Source: Octopus sinensis (lineage: Eukaryota). From it: a DNA stretch of 51,346 bases. Under the pieces are notes generated by a model. The model was not told where the DNA came from, ran no database searches, and worked only from the letters and a program-made list of their open reading frames with translations. The DNA is taken from NCBI RefSeq assembly GCF_006345805.1, contig NW_021834015.1, positions 1 through 51,346 of the forward strand, in the 5' to 3' direction. Made by a program: the position numbers and the translations under genes. How positions within the stretch are numbered: the stretch's first letter is position 1; each line of letters begins with the position of its first letter. Positions 12,777 to 25,675 of this stretch are shown here, piece by piece.

Positions 12777-12908
12777 TTTTACAACTATTTACTATTTATT
12801 GTACTTTATTGATTTTTAGAATAAGTTTTCTTTTTATAGAATATGTTTTCTATAGATATGATAATATATTATTGAATATGTTATAATATAGGTATATATA
12901 TAATTATA

Positions 12909-12987
<79 letters not shown>

Positions 12988-13321
12988 ATTTACACGAGGA
13001 ATATTGTTTAGTGTCTCGATGGATATGTGCTGAGTGTACGCAGTTTGAGCAATTATATTATGTTTCAAATTAAGCAAGTAGGATTTCAAACGTTTAACTA
13101 TAGTGTAATCTATTGTAAATCATTTTGCTTCCCAGGCCGAAGAAGAAAACAAAAAAAGACTCATAATGTCATCTTTAAACATTGCCTTTGTCTTCATCGA
13201 ACTTTTCATTCGTTTCAATGAACCTAATGTTAAAGTTTCTTATAGTTTGTTATATGAAGCTAATCTAAATCTCTTGGGCAATTTCTTGCATGCTACACTT
13301 AAGTGTATGAGCGTGTAGTTT

Positions 13322-13356
<35 letters not shown>

Positions 13357-13828
13357 GCACACACGCACACACACGCACGTATATATATATTTATATGTCA
13401 TCTATTTAAACATGTTATTGGTTTCATTAGTGTATTTCGTATGTTTTATCCTATTATAATACTTCGCTCCCACCAACCAACTCCATTGCTTCGCATATAA
13501 GGAAAGAAGGCAGCGCATTCATTCTTAACGAGTATATACATACTAAGAGAAAACATTAATTGCAGTGCTCGTAAGGACTCTAACGGGTTTCTTACTTGAA
13601 GGCTCACATTTTCCGCATTAGCCTCCTTAGGGAGCCAGGCTTTTATATACTCCATGAGTTTTCCGGCCTTGCATTAAAGTTTTAGAATATCACTTCACAG
13701 TATAATTAGTTGCATACTCACGGCTTCCAAATTATCCATTCTCTTTTCTATAGCCATTTTTCTTTTTCTTTCTTTCTTTCTTTCTTTCTTCTTTATTTCT
13801 TAGTAGTCGTGGTGGTGGTAGTAGAATA

Positions 13829-13892
<64 letters not shown>

Positions 13893-13973
13893 ATAATTGT
13901 TATTATTTGATCGGTGTCGTTCTACAGGATAAGATCATGTAGTTAAACATTGAGCCAGCTGCTTCACAATATA

Positions 13974-14043
<70 letters not shown>

Positions 14044-14159
14044 ACACACACACACACGCACGCACCACCACATTGTTAATAACAATCTCACTCAGTTAAT
14101 ATAAGTAACTTCTAACAAACGTGTTGAACGCTCCTTTCGCTTAATCACTCACTATATAT

Positions 14160-14210
<51 letters not shown>

Positions 14211-14216
14211 TATATT

Positions 14217-14268
<52 letters not shown>

Positions 14269-14391
14269 ATATATATATATATGTACGTGTGTGTTTGTGT
14301 GTGTGGTGTGGTATTTATACATATTTATGTCCACAAAACGCACATACATATATGCAACCGTACAATGCATTTATATATGTATATATATATA

Positions 14392-15950
14392 TAATCGGGT
14401 TGACCAAAAAGTCCATTGGGTCTTTGTCGATGCCAAACTTCAAGCACTTTAATAGGTAGTTAACTTCACACTGTGCTTTGCGCATGCACATCCATTAGAT
14501 ATTTGATATTTTAACGTAGCTGAACGCGAACTTGCGATGAGGCGGGTTGTATTTTGTGTCCTTGGAATCACTTTGAAAGTAGGGAACCAAAACGAACAAT
14601 ATCGAGGCTCATGCATTGTTTTAATTTTAAAAAGGGTAAGAGAGTGGTAGAAACCTGTAGGAAGATATGCACTGTGTACAGAGAAAACGCTGTTATCAAA
14701 CAAGTGCGTCAGAAATGGTTTTCAAAATTCTGATTGGAATATTTTTTGCTTCAAGAAGCATCTCGCTGTGGCTGGTCAACTGAGAATTACTTTGACACCA
14801 ATCCCCGTTATGAGATCAGGATGATCCCGATATTTCCCAAATATCCAAATCGAGTGTTGAAAACCATCTGCAGCAGGTTGCTAATGCCGGTAAGCTCGAT
14901 GTTTGGGTCTCACAACAATTTAATGAAGCTAACCTCACCCAACGGATTTCCGTCTGCAATTCATTGCAGAAGCATGAAGAAAACGAAGGCGGCGAGCTGG
15001 CAGAATCGTTAGCACGCCGGGCGAAATGCTTAGCAGTATTTCGTCTGCCGTTACGTTCTGAGTTCAAATTCCGCCGAGGTCGACTTTGCCTTTCATCCTT
15101 TCCGGGGTCGATAAATTAAGTACCTGTTACGCACTGGGGTCGATATAATCGACGTAATCCATTTGTCTGTCCTTGTTTGTCCTCTCTGTGTGTAACCCCT
15201 TGTGGATAGTAAAAAAATAGGTATTTCGTATGTCTATCGAGCCCGAAAGGTATTTCGTATGTATAGCGATAAATTAAGTACCAGTTGCGTAATGCGGTCG
15301 ACCTAATCGACTGGCCCTCCATACCCCAAAATTTCAGACCTTGTGCTAGAGTAGAAAAGAAGCGTGAAGAAAACGGCCCTCTTTTTAAAGAGAATGGTAA
15401 CAGGAGACAAAAAATGGGTTATCTATAACAACGATTATGGGGGAAGCATGGCGAGTCACCACAAATAATCTCCAAAGCAGGACTTCACCCGCAGAAAGTT
15501 TTGTTTTCAATTTGGTAAGATTGGAAGGGCGTTGTCTTTTAGGAGCTTTTCCCACAGACAACACCATCGATTCGGATATGTACTGTGATCAACTGGACAA
15601 ATTAAAAGAATCGATCTACAAGAAGCGCCCAGCAGGTGCTAATCGTGTGTTTCCGTTCATCATGACAAAGCCAGATGCAGTAGAAGTTACTGGTGCTTGG
15701 GTGGAATATTTTTCCGCACCCCACCCCATTTTCGCCCGATCTTTCACCTTTAGATTTCTACCTGTCTCTTCAAAATTCACGGAGAACTTTTCACCAGTAA
15801 AGACAGGAAATTCTTTGAGCAGGGATTAATGGTTCCATCAAGACGGCAGAAGATACTGGAACAAAATGGTAATTATATCATTGATTGAATAAATCGCTTT
15901 GTGTTTAAAACTTGTGTCTTATTTTTTGCTTAGAAAAACCAAACGGACTA
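14392..15950 (+). mobile_element. Decayed mellifera-like mariner transposon interrupted by a SINE
   Basis: NFKKGK, KWFSKF, KLDVWV, LKRMVTGDKKWVIYNN, SKAGLHPQKVL, YCDQLDKLKESIYKKRP, HHDKAR, FSPDLSP, KILEQNGNYIID* remnants; 5' TIR tcgggttgaccaaaaagtccattggg, partial 3' TIR aaaccaaacggact. Confidence 0.85.
14986..15358 (+). mobile_element. SINE family B (tRNA-derived) with ~18-bp TSD
   Basis: ggcggcgagctggcagaatcgttagc, B-box gagttcaaattcc, gcctttcatcctttc.ggggtcgataaattaagtacc; flanked by agaagc(a/g)tgaagaaaacg at 14968-14985 and 15358-15375. Confidence 0.92.
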
Positions 15951-16016
15951 TATATATATACACACACACATATGCATGCATACATATATATATACGCACG
16001 CACGCACACACACACA

Positions 16017-16047
<31 letters not shown>

Positions 16048-16354
16048 CATATAATTAGTGTACATTTATACACAAAAGAGGTGACTCTAACAGGACACCT
16101 TACATGCTAAAAGGAGCAGTCAAAGCCCAAACCACGGTTAAGAGTAATTTCGAAGGAGATCAAAAATAAAAACATTTTCAACAGTTACCACTTGTACCTA
16201 GGTTTCGAACATTAATGAACAAATGAAATAATTTGCTATCCGTGTTCTTATCAGCAAGGGCACTAAAAATTAACGTGTAATTATATGTTGTGTATTGACT
16301 ATTTTATGCAAACTAGCCACTGGTATAGATTTATCTAATTTCCCTACCCTACAT

Positions 16355-16410
<56 letters not shown>

Positions 16411-16411
16411 A

Positions 16412-16459
<48 letters not shown>

Positions 16460-16632
16460 CAGTGTACATTTAAATACATTAAGAAGTTTCCATCATAGGA
16501 ATCCTTTACGCTAGAAGGAACAGTTAAAGTCCAAACCACTTATTAGGGATAAATGGTTTGGACTTTAGCTGTTCCTTCTCGCGTAAGGGACCCCTATGAT
16601 GGAAACCTCTTAATGTGTTTAAATGTACACTG
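16460..16632. mobile_element. Fold-back MITE of Tc1/mariner type
   Basis: TA|CAGTG...CACTG|TA; ~80-bp arms that are nearly reverse-complementary around a ~15-nt loop. Confidence 0.75.
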
Positions 16633-16799
16633 TATTTTGTATGAATAATATATAGTCTATTGACTAATTCTTCTATACGCTAGGCCACTGGTAGTAAAAA
16701 TTTCTAAAATCTTTATTACCTTGATATTATTAACTATATACATATATATATATATGTATGTGTGTGTATATATATATGTATGGGGGTGGGGGTGGGGAA

Positions 16800-16966
16800 G
16801 TCGATCTAATCGACTGCAGTACACAACAAGTACTTAATTTATCGACCCCAAAAGGATGAAAGGCAAAGTCGACCACGGCGGAATTTGAACTCAGAACGTA
16901 AAGACAGATGAAATGCCGCTAAACATTTTGTTCGACGTGCTAACGATTCTGTCAGTTCGCCGCCTT
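16800..16966 (-). mobile_element. SINE family B, partial
   Basis: ttatcgacccc..ggatgaaaggcaaagtcgacc.cggcggaatttgaactcagaacg..cgccgcctt. Confidence 0.85.
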
Positions 16967-17243
16967 AGCAGGGTTTAAAATTGAGTATTAATTATCTCTT
17001 CCTATGAAATAACAAAAAAAAACAAAAAAAAAAACAGAAATAACAATAGAAACAGAGTAAAAAAGAAAAAGAAAAAGAAACAAATATGAGTGAAATGACA
17101 CTGTCTGTAGCAGGAAAGAAGTGAGCATATGTACATATGTATATATACGTATATGTTTATGTACATGTGTAAATATGTATATATATGTATATGTATTTAT
17201 ATAATATATGGTATATATATAGTCATACATCTATGTTTATATA

Positions 17244-17314
<71 letters not shown>

Positions 17315-17315
<1 letters not shown>

Positions 17316-17986
17316 AAAACATTATTGGTGAATTGAAGAAATGGAGCTGAACGCAGATTGAACAGAAATCGTTTTATTTCATTTTACACGTGTTCGAAAG
17401 GCACAAATTACCAAAATCCGATTGAATAATGGGACCATATTGTGTCTTCTCTTCAGGAAGAAAAAAGGAAATCCGTTGGAAAAACAAAAACAGACAGAAC
17501 GCACACACGTACACAACAAAATGTTTTCTACCCCTACGCCAACACACACATATATAGAACAGTATACACACACACACGTCTCTAAGTAGATTTTTTCTCG
17601 CCCCTTATAAAACCATCCAATATTCCTTAAATAGTCAGAACTTTATTCTCGGTCACAAAGAACATCTATACACCCTCACCCACATGATTGACGATGCCTG
17701 ACCCGTTGAATTCTTCAGCCACCGGTTCTCAAAATACACTGATAAAACAGTTTCGCCATGGGCTCTTAGGAGCATAATTCGATTTGTTTTTGCTCCGCCT
17801 CTGTTCTGTTTTTGTTTTTCCAACGGATTTCCTTTTTTCTTCCTGAAGAGAAAGACACAATATGGTCCCATTATTCAATCGGATTTTGGTAATTTGTGCC
17901 TTTCGAAACCACGTGTAGAATGAAATAAAACGATTTCTGTTCATCTGCGTTCAGCTCCATTTCTTCAATTCACCAATAATGTTTTA
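17315..17986. repeat. Inverted duplication, ~185-bp arms (17315-17498 / 17800-17986)
   Basis: aaaacattattggtgaattgaagaaatggagctgaacgcag... appears as its reverse complement ~300 bp downstream, differing mainly by single-base indels. Confidence 0.9.
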
Positions 17987-18128
17987 ATTTCAAATATCCG
18001 CACCAACGCACGGTTGCAACGCCAGATGGTTGTACCTCCAACCGTGCTGTTTACTGCTGTGATTTTTGCTACTAAGGTATCGGTTAACTTTTGATTAATC
18101 TACTACAAGATTATTCATCTTTCTATTT

Positions 18129-18217
<89 letters not shown>

Positions 18218-20169
18218 TATACATACAGACACACACATATACACACTATTTTAACTCTAAATGAAAGTTTCGTAATTATAGTGATAAAGAAAAAGAAGAG
18301 AGGTAGAAAGTGGAGACATAGACAGTGATTGAGACATAGAAAGATGAGGTGCAATGATGAATTTAGTAAAAAAAAAAATAAGGGTTATAAAGACAATAGA
18401 ATAACAGACACGAAGAAACTGAGTCGATTTTAGGAGAGTAGTAATTTAAGATTTTATATACCTTCATTATGGAATAAATGTTATGATAGAGTAAAAGAAG
18501 AAAATAAAACTCAAGGAATGCTGGTAGATAGATAGTTAGATAGATATATAGAGAAAGAAAATGGGAGTGAGAGGGAAAGAGAGAGAGAGAGAGAGGTAAG
18601 CAAATGAAAGAGAGAAAGAAAAGAAATGTAAGAGAGAAGGAGAAGAAAGAGACGAGACCGACAAAGAGACGTGATAAAACTTTTAAACAAAAAAAAAAAA
18701 CAAAAAAAAACACAGATTTTTAAAAGGAATGAAATATCTAGACAATGATACAAAAATAAATATAATAATAAGGTGGAATAAAATAAAAGAGAGAATAAAA
18801 GAAATGTTCATGCCATTAGAATTACCTTTTCCAGGATTGATGACAGATTACCAGTGTATTCCGTGTTGATAATATTATCAGAATTATATTTGGGGGAATA
18901 TAAATATAAAAAAAAGATGGAGTACAAAATCGATAAGAAACATTTACGCATTATTTTCTTTGATATGTTTTTTTCGTCTAATCCTCCCACACATACAAAT
19001 GCTGACTTTACCTGAAGGTTATTTTACGATGATGATACATATTCAACATAATGATCATTTTAGTAAAGATCAGTTGTCTTGAAATTATATAAATTTTTGA
19101 TGCTTTTGTGTTTCTAAAAAAAAAAATCTTATCATACATGTAACAAGGGATAACTAATTTATTTATTTATTTATTAATCTATTTATTTATTTATTTATTT
19201 ACTTAACTGATTCTTGAATATTTTATTAATTCGATTCATGCAAAAAAACCTCTCCAAAATATGAAGAGTAAATAAATGAAAGAAACAAATGGAAAAAATA
19301 TATCGGTAGCAATAATGTAATAATTATGAAAGCCATATGCAATTTAACAAAGCACAAACACTAAATACTGCTCAGAGACTTTTTAATACTTCACACATAA
19401 AATGCGTCACATACACACGAATAGTTATATGTATATGAAGTTATACATACATATATAAATACATACATACATACATACATGCATGCATACATACATACAT
19501 ACATACATACACACACATACATACATACATACATACATATATATGTACATATATATGTATGTGTGTATGTGTGTATGTATGTATGTAAGCATGTGTGTAT
19601 GTATGTCTATCTATCTATGTATTTATCTATTATTTAACCGGCAGAAGCTAGTGAGTGATTTAAAGGCCGAGAGATTTGTTCCTTGGCATTTATGAAACAG
19701 TTTTCAAATAAGGAGTGATTAATTATGTGTATATATGTGTATATATATGTATCTCTCTCGCTATCTCTCTCTCTCTCTCTATATATATATATTATATATA
19801 CACATATATACATATATATATGTATATGTATGTATACACACACACATATACACACACACATATACACATAATCATATTTATCATAAATTATATTTATCAT
19901 TTCAGTCGCTCTATATAAATGTAATAACTCTAATTCGAAACCAGCTTAAGTGACAGCACACGAAACCCTCGGCCCTTGAATCACAGTCTAACTTCTGTAG
20001 TTTAAATAAAAAATATAAATACGCTTGTTTTGAGTTCCATTTTCCTGTTTGTATCACGAAACACAACACCCATAATCGTTTATTCATTCATACATGTATA
20101 TATATAAATGTATTCAAGTATGCATATATAAAACTGCAGTCGTTACTGATAATCGAAGATGATTGGTAG

Positions 20170-20625
20170 CATGTTCCAGACAAAAATTTCATACGAGGAT
20201 AGGTGCTAGAAAGCAACTACTATATTTTTAGTAACCAACATTATCTTAAAGAACAGCAATGGTTAAGAAATCGCCCCCACTTTTGCAACCAAATGATGGG
20301 AACATTTTTTATCAGTGTTTCTAATCCCATCTACAGGATAATTGGAAATGATTCCTGAATGATTGCTTTGTACTTTAAAAATAAGGAAATCCTTACAAGA
20401 TTCCATAAATTAATCAATACCATTCATAAATCGATCCAATTTCCTATGGGAAGAAATGAAATAGAACTTCCTACTCTGGGAATATTGATAATTAGGGAAA
20501 ATGGACTATTACAGATGATCACTACTGCTAATATACGGTCATGTACCAATACTTAGAATTCTGGTCCTGCCATCCATCCCGATCAAGAGGAAATATCCCC
20601 TTTAATATGGTAAACATGTGCTATA
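20170..20625 (+). pseudogene. Old Penelope-like RT C-terminal remnant
   Basis: NWK*FLNDCFVL, EILTRFHKLINTIHKSIQFPM..ELPTLGILI, QYLEFWSCHP..NIPFNM parallel the RT of the young PLE. Confidence 0.75.
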
Positions 20626-20806
20626 GCTACTGACGGAATAGATAGCTAAATAGAGAAGAGAGGGAGGGAGAGAGAAAGAGAGAGGGAGAGTGAGTGAGAG
20701 TGAGTGAGAAAGAAAGTGAGAGGGAGAGAGAGGAAGAGAGGGAGGCAACTAGAAAAACTAAAGCTATTCTTCCATCGACAAAATATCCGAAAATCAAGTA
20801 ATTATA

Positions 20807-20958
20807 GGCGTAGGATTGGCTGTGTAGTAAGTAGCTTGCTTAAGAACCACATGGTTCCGGGTTCAGTCCCACTTGGGCAAGTGTCTTCTATTATAGCCTC
20901 GGGCCGACCAGAGCCTTGTGAGTGGATTTGGTGGGCGGAAACTGAAAGGAGCCCGTCG

Positions 20959-20990
<32 letters not shown>

Positions 20991-21223
20991 GTGTGTGTAT
21001 ATGTTTGTGTGTCTGTGTTTGTTCCCCAACATTGCTTGACAACCGATGCTGGTGTATATACGTCCCCGTCACTTAGCGGTTCGACAAAAAAGACCGATAG
21101 AATAAGTACTAGGCTTACAAAGAATAAGTATTGGGGTCGATTTGCTCAACTAAAGGTGGTGCTCCGGCATGGCCACAGTCAAATGACTGAAACAAGTAAA
21201 AGAGTAAAAGAGTAAAAGAGTAA
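20807..21223 (+). mobile_element. SINE family A, full length
   Basis: Head ggcg.agga.tggctgtgt.gtaag, B-box gggttcagtccc, CORE-like cttgggcaagtgtctt, internal (TA)n, (AGTAAAAG)n tail. Confidence 0.9.
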
Positions 21224-21503
21224 TTCTATAAACTATAACCATGGCAAAATATACTCGAATCCTTAATTACTGAATAGGAAGTACAAACAGGAATATGTTA
21301 TTTATAATCATCATCACTTCCATGTTCTGGTATACAGAAGCGTGTTAGAAATAAGCGTACACACACCCGGCGTGCTAACGATTCTGCCTGCTCTCCGCTT
21401 TATATATAAACCTGATGAATGATGTGAAAGTGCGTGGCTTAATGCTTTGAGTATTCGGCTTATGAAAAATATGTCTTGGGTTCAGTTTATAGACTGGATG
21501 TAG

Positions 21504-21657
21504 CTTTGTGAGCTTGCTGAAATGGTACCTTTGTGAGCTTGCTGAAATGGTACCTTTGTGAGCTTGCTGAAATGGTACCTTTGTGAGCTTGCTGAAATGG
21601 TACCTTTGTGAGCTTGCTGAAATGGTACCTTTGTGAGCTTGCTGAAATGGTACCTTT
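21504..21657. repeat. Minisatellite, 6 identical 25-bp units
   Basis: CTTTGTGAGCTTGCTGAAATGGTAC at 21504, 21529, 21554, 21579, 21604 and 21629. Confidence 0.97.
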
Positions 21658-23698
21658 CTCTCTCCTTCCAGTTATGAAATCCTGGATCTACCCCTGCACC
21701 AGAGGGTGATAACGTCAAGAGGTCCTCTATATTTGCTCGCAACTAAATAGTCATCCAAAACAATTAGTGAGAGTACGGTACATGGTAACAAGCTTGAATG
21801 TTTCGCGAGCGTCGTCTGGCCCTAATTCAGTATAAGACACTTATCAACCAGGAAGAGGAAGCGATCGAATCTGGAAACGCGTGGTTGTGAAATAATTTTC
21901 TTACCCACATAACCATGTCTCTAACTATTGAATTCACAAAGCATTTAGTAAAGCACTCCACCGTTTGTTCTGTTACCATCTGCATACCATCAATAATTTC
22001 TTATTTTTGTTTGTCTGATTGAATAGATACACGACGCAAAAGTATTCTTTGGTAGCGAACCATCTTTCAGTGTGAAACCCCGCAGCAAACTGTGTCTGCA
22101 TTGTGGGTGCGAATCTTTGTGATTTGGGATTTAAAGCAAGTAGAGTGCAAGGGATTTAGTAAAAGCGATTTTGCTTCTATAGCTATAGCATGGTATCGAA
22201 TATTTTCATAGAGAACTCCTCGCTTGTTCGTATTTTCAGAGCTTGTATATGAATAGATTTGTATCTGTGTGAGTGATATATAGGTTATAGAACAAAAGTG
22301 ATTGTCTTATTTTGGTTTACATGGAATATTATCAGTCACAATAAGCTGACACACATTTGTATTGAATTTACGGAGTTATTATTGGTTCATGCATGTCTAT
22401 TGTCTAGCAACTTGTGAGTGAAATTTGATACACGGAAACTGTACAGAAACCCGCTGGATATATACATGCATACAAACATACATACAAGCACACACAGACA
22501 CACAGACAAGCACACATATATATAAACTTTCATACACATACATTCGTGCACACATAGATGTTCATACTTATATATGTATATATACATATATGAGTACATA
22601 TATTTATACATATATAAGCATATAAGTATACATACACACACACACATATATACATAGGCATATGTACGTGCGCGCGCGCGTTTGTGTGTGTATTGTTGTC
22701 AGATGGCAGACTCAGCACTCTGAACATAAATACCTCTGGTATTTCGTTAGAGCTCAGTTACTTTACGTCTGGTCGACCATTATAGGAAAATAAAATATCA
22801 AAAAGAAAAAAAAAATTACTGGAGTCGATCTCTCAGTCTTGACCCTTTGAGAGTGGTGCCCGAACAAGATCGCAGATCAATAAATGGAAGCAGTAAATGA
22901 ATAAATGAATAAATAAATATCTTTTTGTTCACTAAATAGGAAAATGGATTCTTATTTATGTTTCAAATATCTTCTGTTTCATAAGTTACTACTTGACTCT
23001 CCTAAAAGGAACAGCAGGATTAATATATATGTTCTGCACTGACTCCCATATCGTTTTGAATCAGTGAGGCACTATCATATACATAGTATTATGCAAATAC
23101 ACCTCCTAGATTAGCTGGGATACGTTACCAGTGATGTAATCAAAAGGTGTCATTTACTTCGAGTCTTTCTTTATTGGGCACTTTCACTTAAGCCATCCAA
23201 CTAGAATTGCTCAGGCTCTAACTGGTATCCCAGGAGCCTCCATCAATGGCTCTGTCTTCTTAATTCAAAGCCATTTTCTGGCACTTTCAGCGGATTCACT
23301 CTCAGTTTGAACAACAGTATTCATTACCTCTGTTATAAAACCCCAAACGGTCGAGGACTTTGCAGTGTGAGTCTTCTGTAAATTCTCCTTAGTCCAGCTT
23401 TAGGATCTCATATTATGTACTCCACCTTCAAGCACTGACACGTCTCTGGTTCAGTAAATGTTGTATATCTCATCGCTCTCAAATGGACCTACACTCTACA
23501 CTACACACTAGCGAAAAATTAGCCTCAAACATATTTGAACTGATAACAAGTTTGTATCTATATCCATCACTGCTTAGCGCTGTCACTCCGAATAGCACAA
23601 CCAGTCATTGAACGATGATGGGAATATCATAAGAGGGATTTGTCTCTCGTGTCAGTTTGGAGCGTTTACCTTTCCAGTCTCTGTTGCAGAAGAGGAAT

Positions 23699-23700
<2 letters not shown>

Positions 23701-23780
<80 letters not shown>

Positions 23781-23840
23781 ACACAGACACACACAGACAC
23801 ACACAGACACAGACACACACACACACACAAACACACACAA
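23701..23840. repeat. (CA)n microsatellite
   Basis: Seen directly. Confidence 0.95.
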
Positions 23841-24310
23841 GCACAAAAAATATCTCATTGAACATTGGATTATTGGATTATTAACTTATACATGATAATC
23901 CAGCTTTCCGTCCACGTGGTCACTGCATATTTACATGCCAATCAAAGAATATATTCTGTGTATACAAAGCCTTCTCTTTCCCTGTTTATTTGTTTTGTTT
24001 TTCTCTTGAGCAAAAGAAATAGATTTTTAACCCAGTGTGCAGTAAATGTAAACAAACAAACAAACAGAATAGATATTGCCGTCATTTATCTATTCTGTTT
24101 ACAAAAAATGACGAGGTTTATCTGAGTATGGAAGACAAAAAAAATTTCCATGGAAGATTTGTGTTTAAATATAGTAAACTACATAGTAGGCACTGGACAT
24201 TAAAAGTGAACAGAAAAAAGCAGTGGAATACAGAGAATGCTCTTAACATGAACAATGCACGGGGGTATATGGGAAAAAATCGTCTATACTGAAATAGAAG
24301 GGCAAATTAC

Positions 24311-24388
<78 letters not shown>

Positions 24389-24478
24389 ACACAAACACAC
24401 AAACACAGACACACAGACACACACACACAGTATAGAATAATATAAAAAAAGTGTTATCGAAACTATATCTTGGTGATA

Positions 24479-24897
24479 GGCGCAAGAGTGACTGTGTGGT
24501 AAGTAGCTTGCTTATCAACATGGTTCCGGGTTCAGTCCCACTGCGTGGCACCTTGGGCAAGTGTCTTCTACTATAGCCTCGGGCCGACCAAAGCCTTGTG
24601 AGTGGATTTAGTAGACGGAAACTGAAAGAAGCCTGTCGTATATATATATATATATATATGTATATGTGCGTATGTGTATGTGTGTGTATGTGTTTGTGTC
24701 TCTGTGTTTGTGCACCCACCATCGTTTAACAACCAATGCTGTTGCGCTTACGTCCCCGTCACTTAGAGGTTCGGCAAAAGAGACCGATAGAATAAGTACT
24801 AGGCTTTCAAAGAATAAATCCTGGTGTCGATTTGTTCGACTAAAAGGCGGTGCTCCAGTATGGCTGCAGTCTAATGACTGAAACAAGTAAAAGAATA
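24479..24897 (+). mobile_element. SINE family A, full length
   Basis: Same head, CORE-like block, internal microsatellite and tail as 20807. Confidence 0.9.
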
Positions 24898-25504
24898 TAA
24901 TAATGAAAGAATATATCATTTTGCAGAATATTTTAAAGATAAAATAACTGAATTTCAAGCTTAACTTTAATTAAAGAACAGTAATAGAACTTGAAAAACG
25001 TCTGCCTGCACCAATTTCAAGAGTTATATTACGACGGATCTGCACGATATATATTTATAATGTCCTTTAGTTCTTCGTTCGATGCATCGTAATATCAAAA
25101 AAAATCAGAACCAAATAGAATCACAAGTCACATGACTTTTGATAAAACAAACAAAAAAATTCTAAAAAGTCTCTTTTGGAATTGTGGATCTGGAAGCACA
25201 TAAAGATAAAAATAATGGCATGAAACTATTAATTGGAAACCTTTCTGGATTGAAAAAGTCGAAAGCTTCCGTGGGACACGAACCTACGTCAGCAGTAGAC
25301 ATGACAGTTGTTCTATCAAAAAAGGGTTATTTCATGTTCTCTTGAAAGTATATAAATTCTTCAGACGTCTTTGATAGTCATTTAGATGGGAAATCGTTTC
25401 GAAAGTTATTATTGCGAAACTCAAACTATGATTTAAGGGAGATTTGATTTTGTTTATATCACGTCGAGCAGTCACACTTCATTTGTTGTTCCGTCTTCTA
25501 TGAC

Positions 25505-25675
25505 AGTTGTTTAGCCCCAGGACAACTCCAAACAAGCAGGCCTGTCATCAAAATGCTTTTCCGTATTTTCGAATATATGAGGAGTTATTAACCAATGCAT
25601 TCTTAAACTCTTTAGGTGACAAGGTGCGATTTGGGAGCTGTTTCTAGCATTTTGCGTAACCACGCAGAATCACCT
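25505..25675 (+). repeat. Old interspersed repeat (related copies near 640-750 and 8640-8780)
   Basis: Shared gttgtttag.cc.ag....agcag.cct.t..tcaaaa.c.tt.c motif and tttctagc block. Confidence 0.4.

Noticed and set aside
20807-20880. tRNA genes at SINE heads (families A and B)
   Set aside because: They have A/B-box-like motifs but no complete cloverleaf and run straight into SINE bodies.
21504-21657. CRISPR-like array
   Set aside because: The units are directly adjacent with no spacers, and the context is eukaryotic.
23050-23500. Complex sequence suspected to be an exon or LINE ORF
   Set aside because: The frames I translated contain stops and no recognisable motif.
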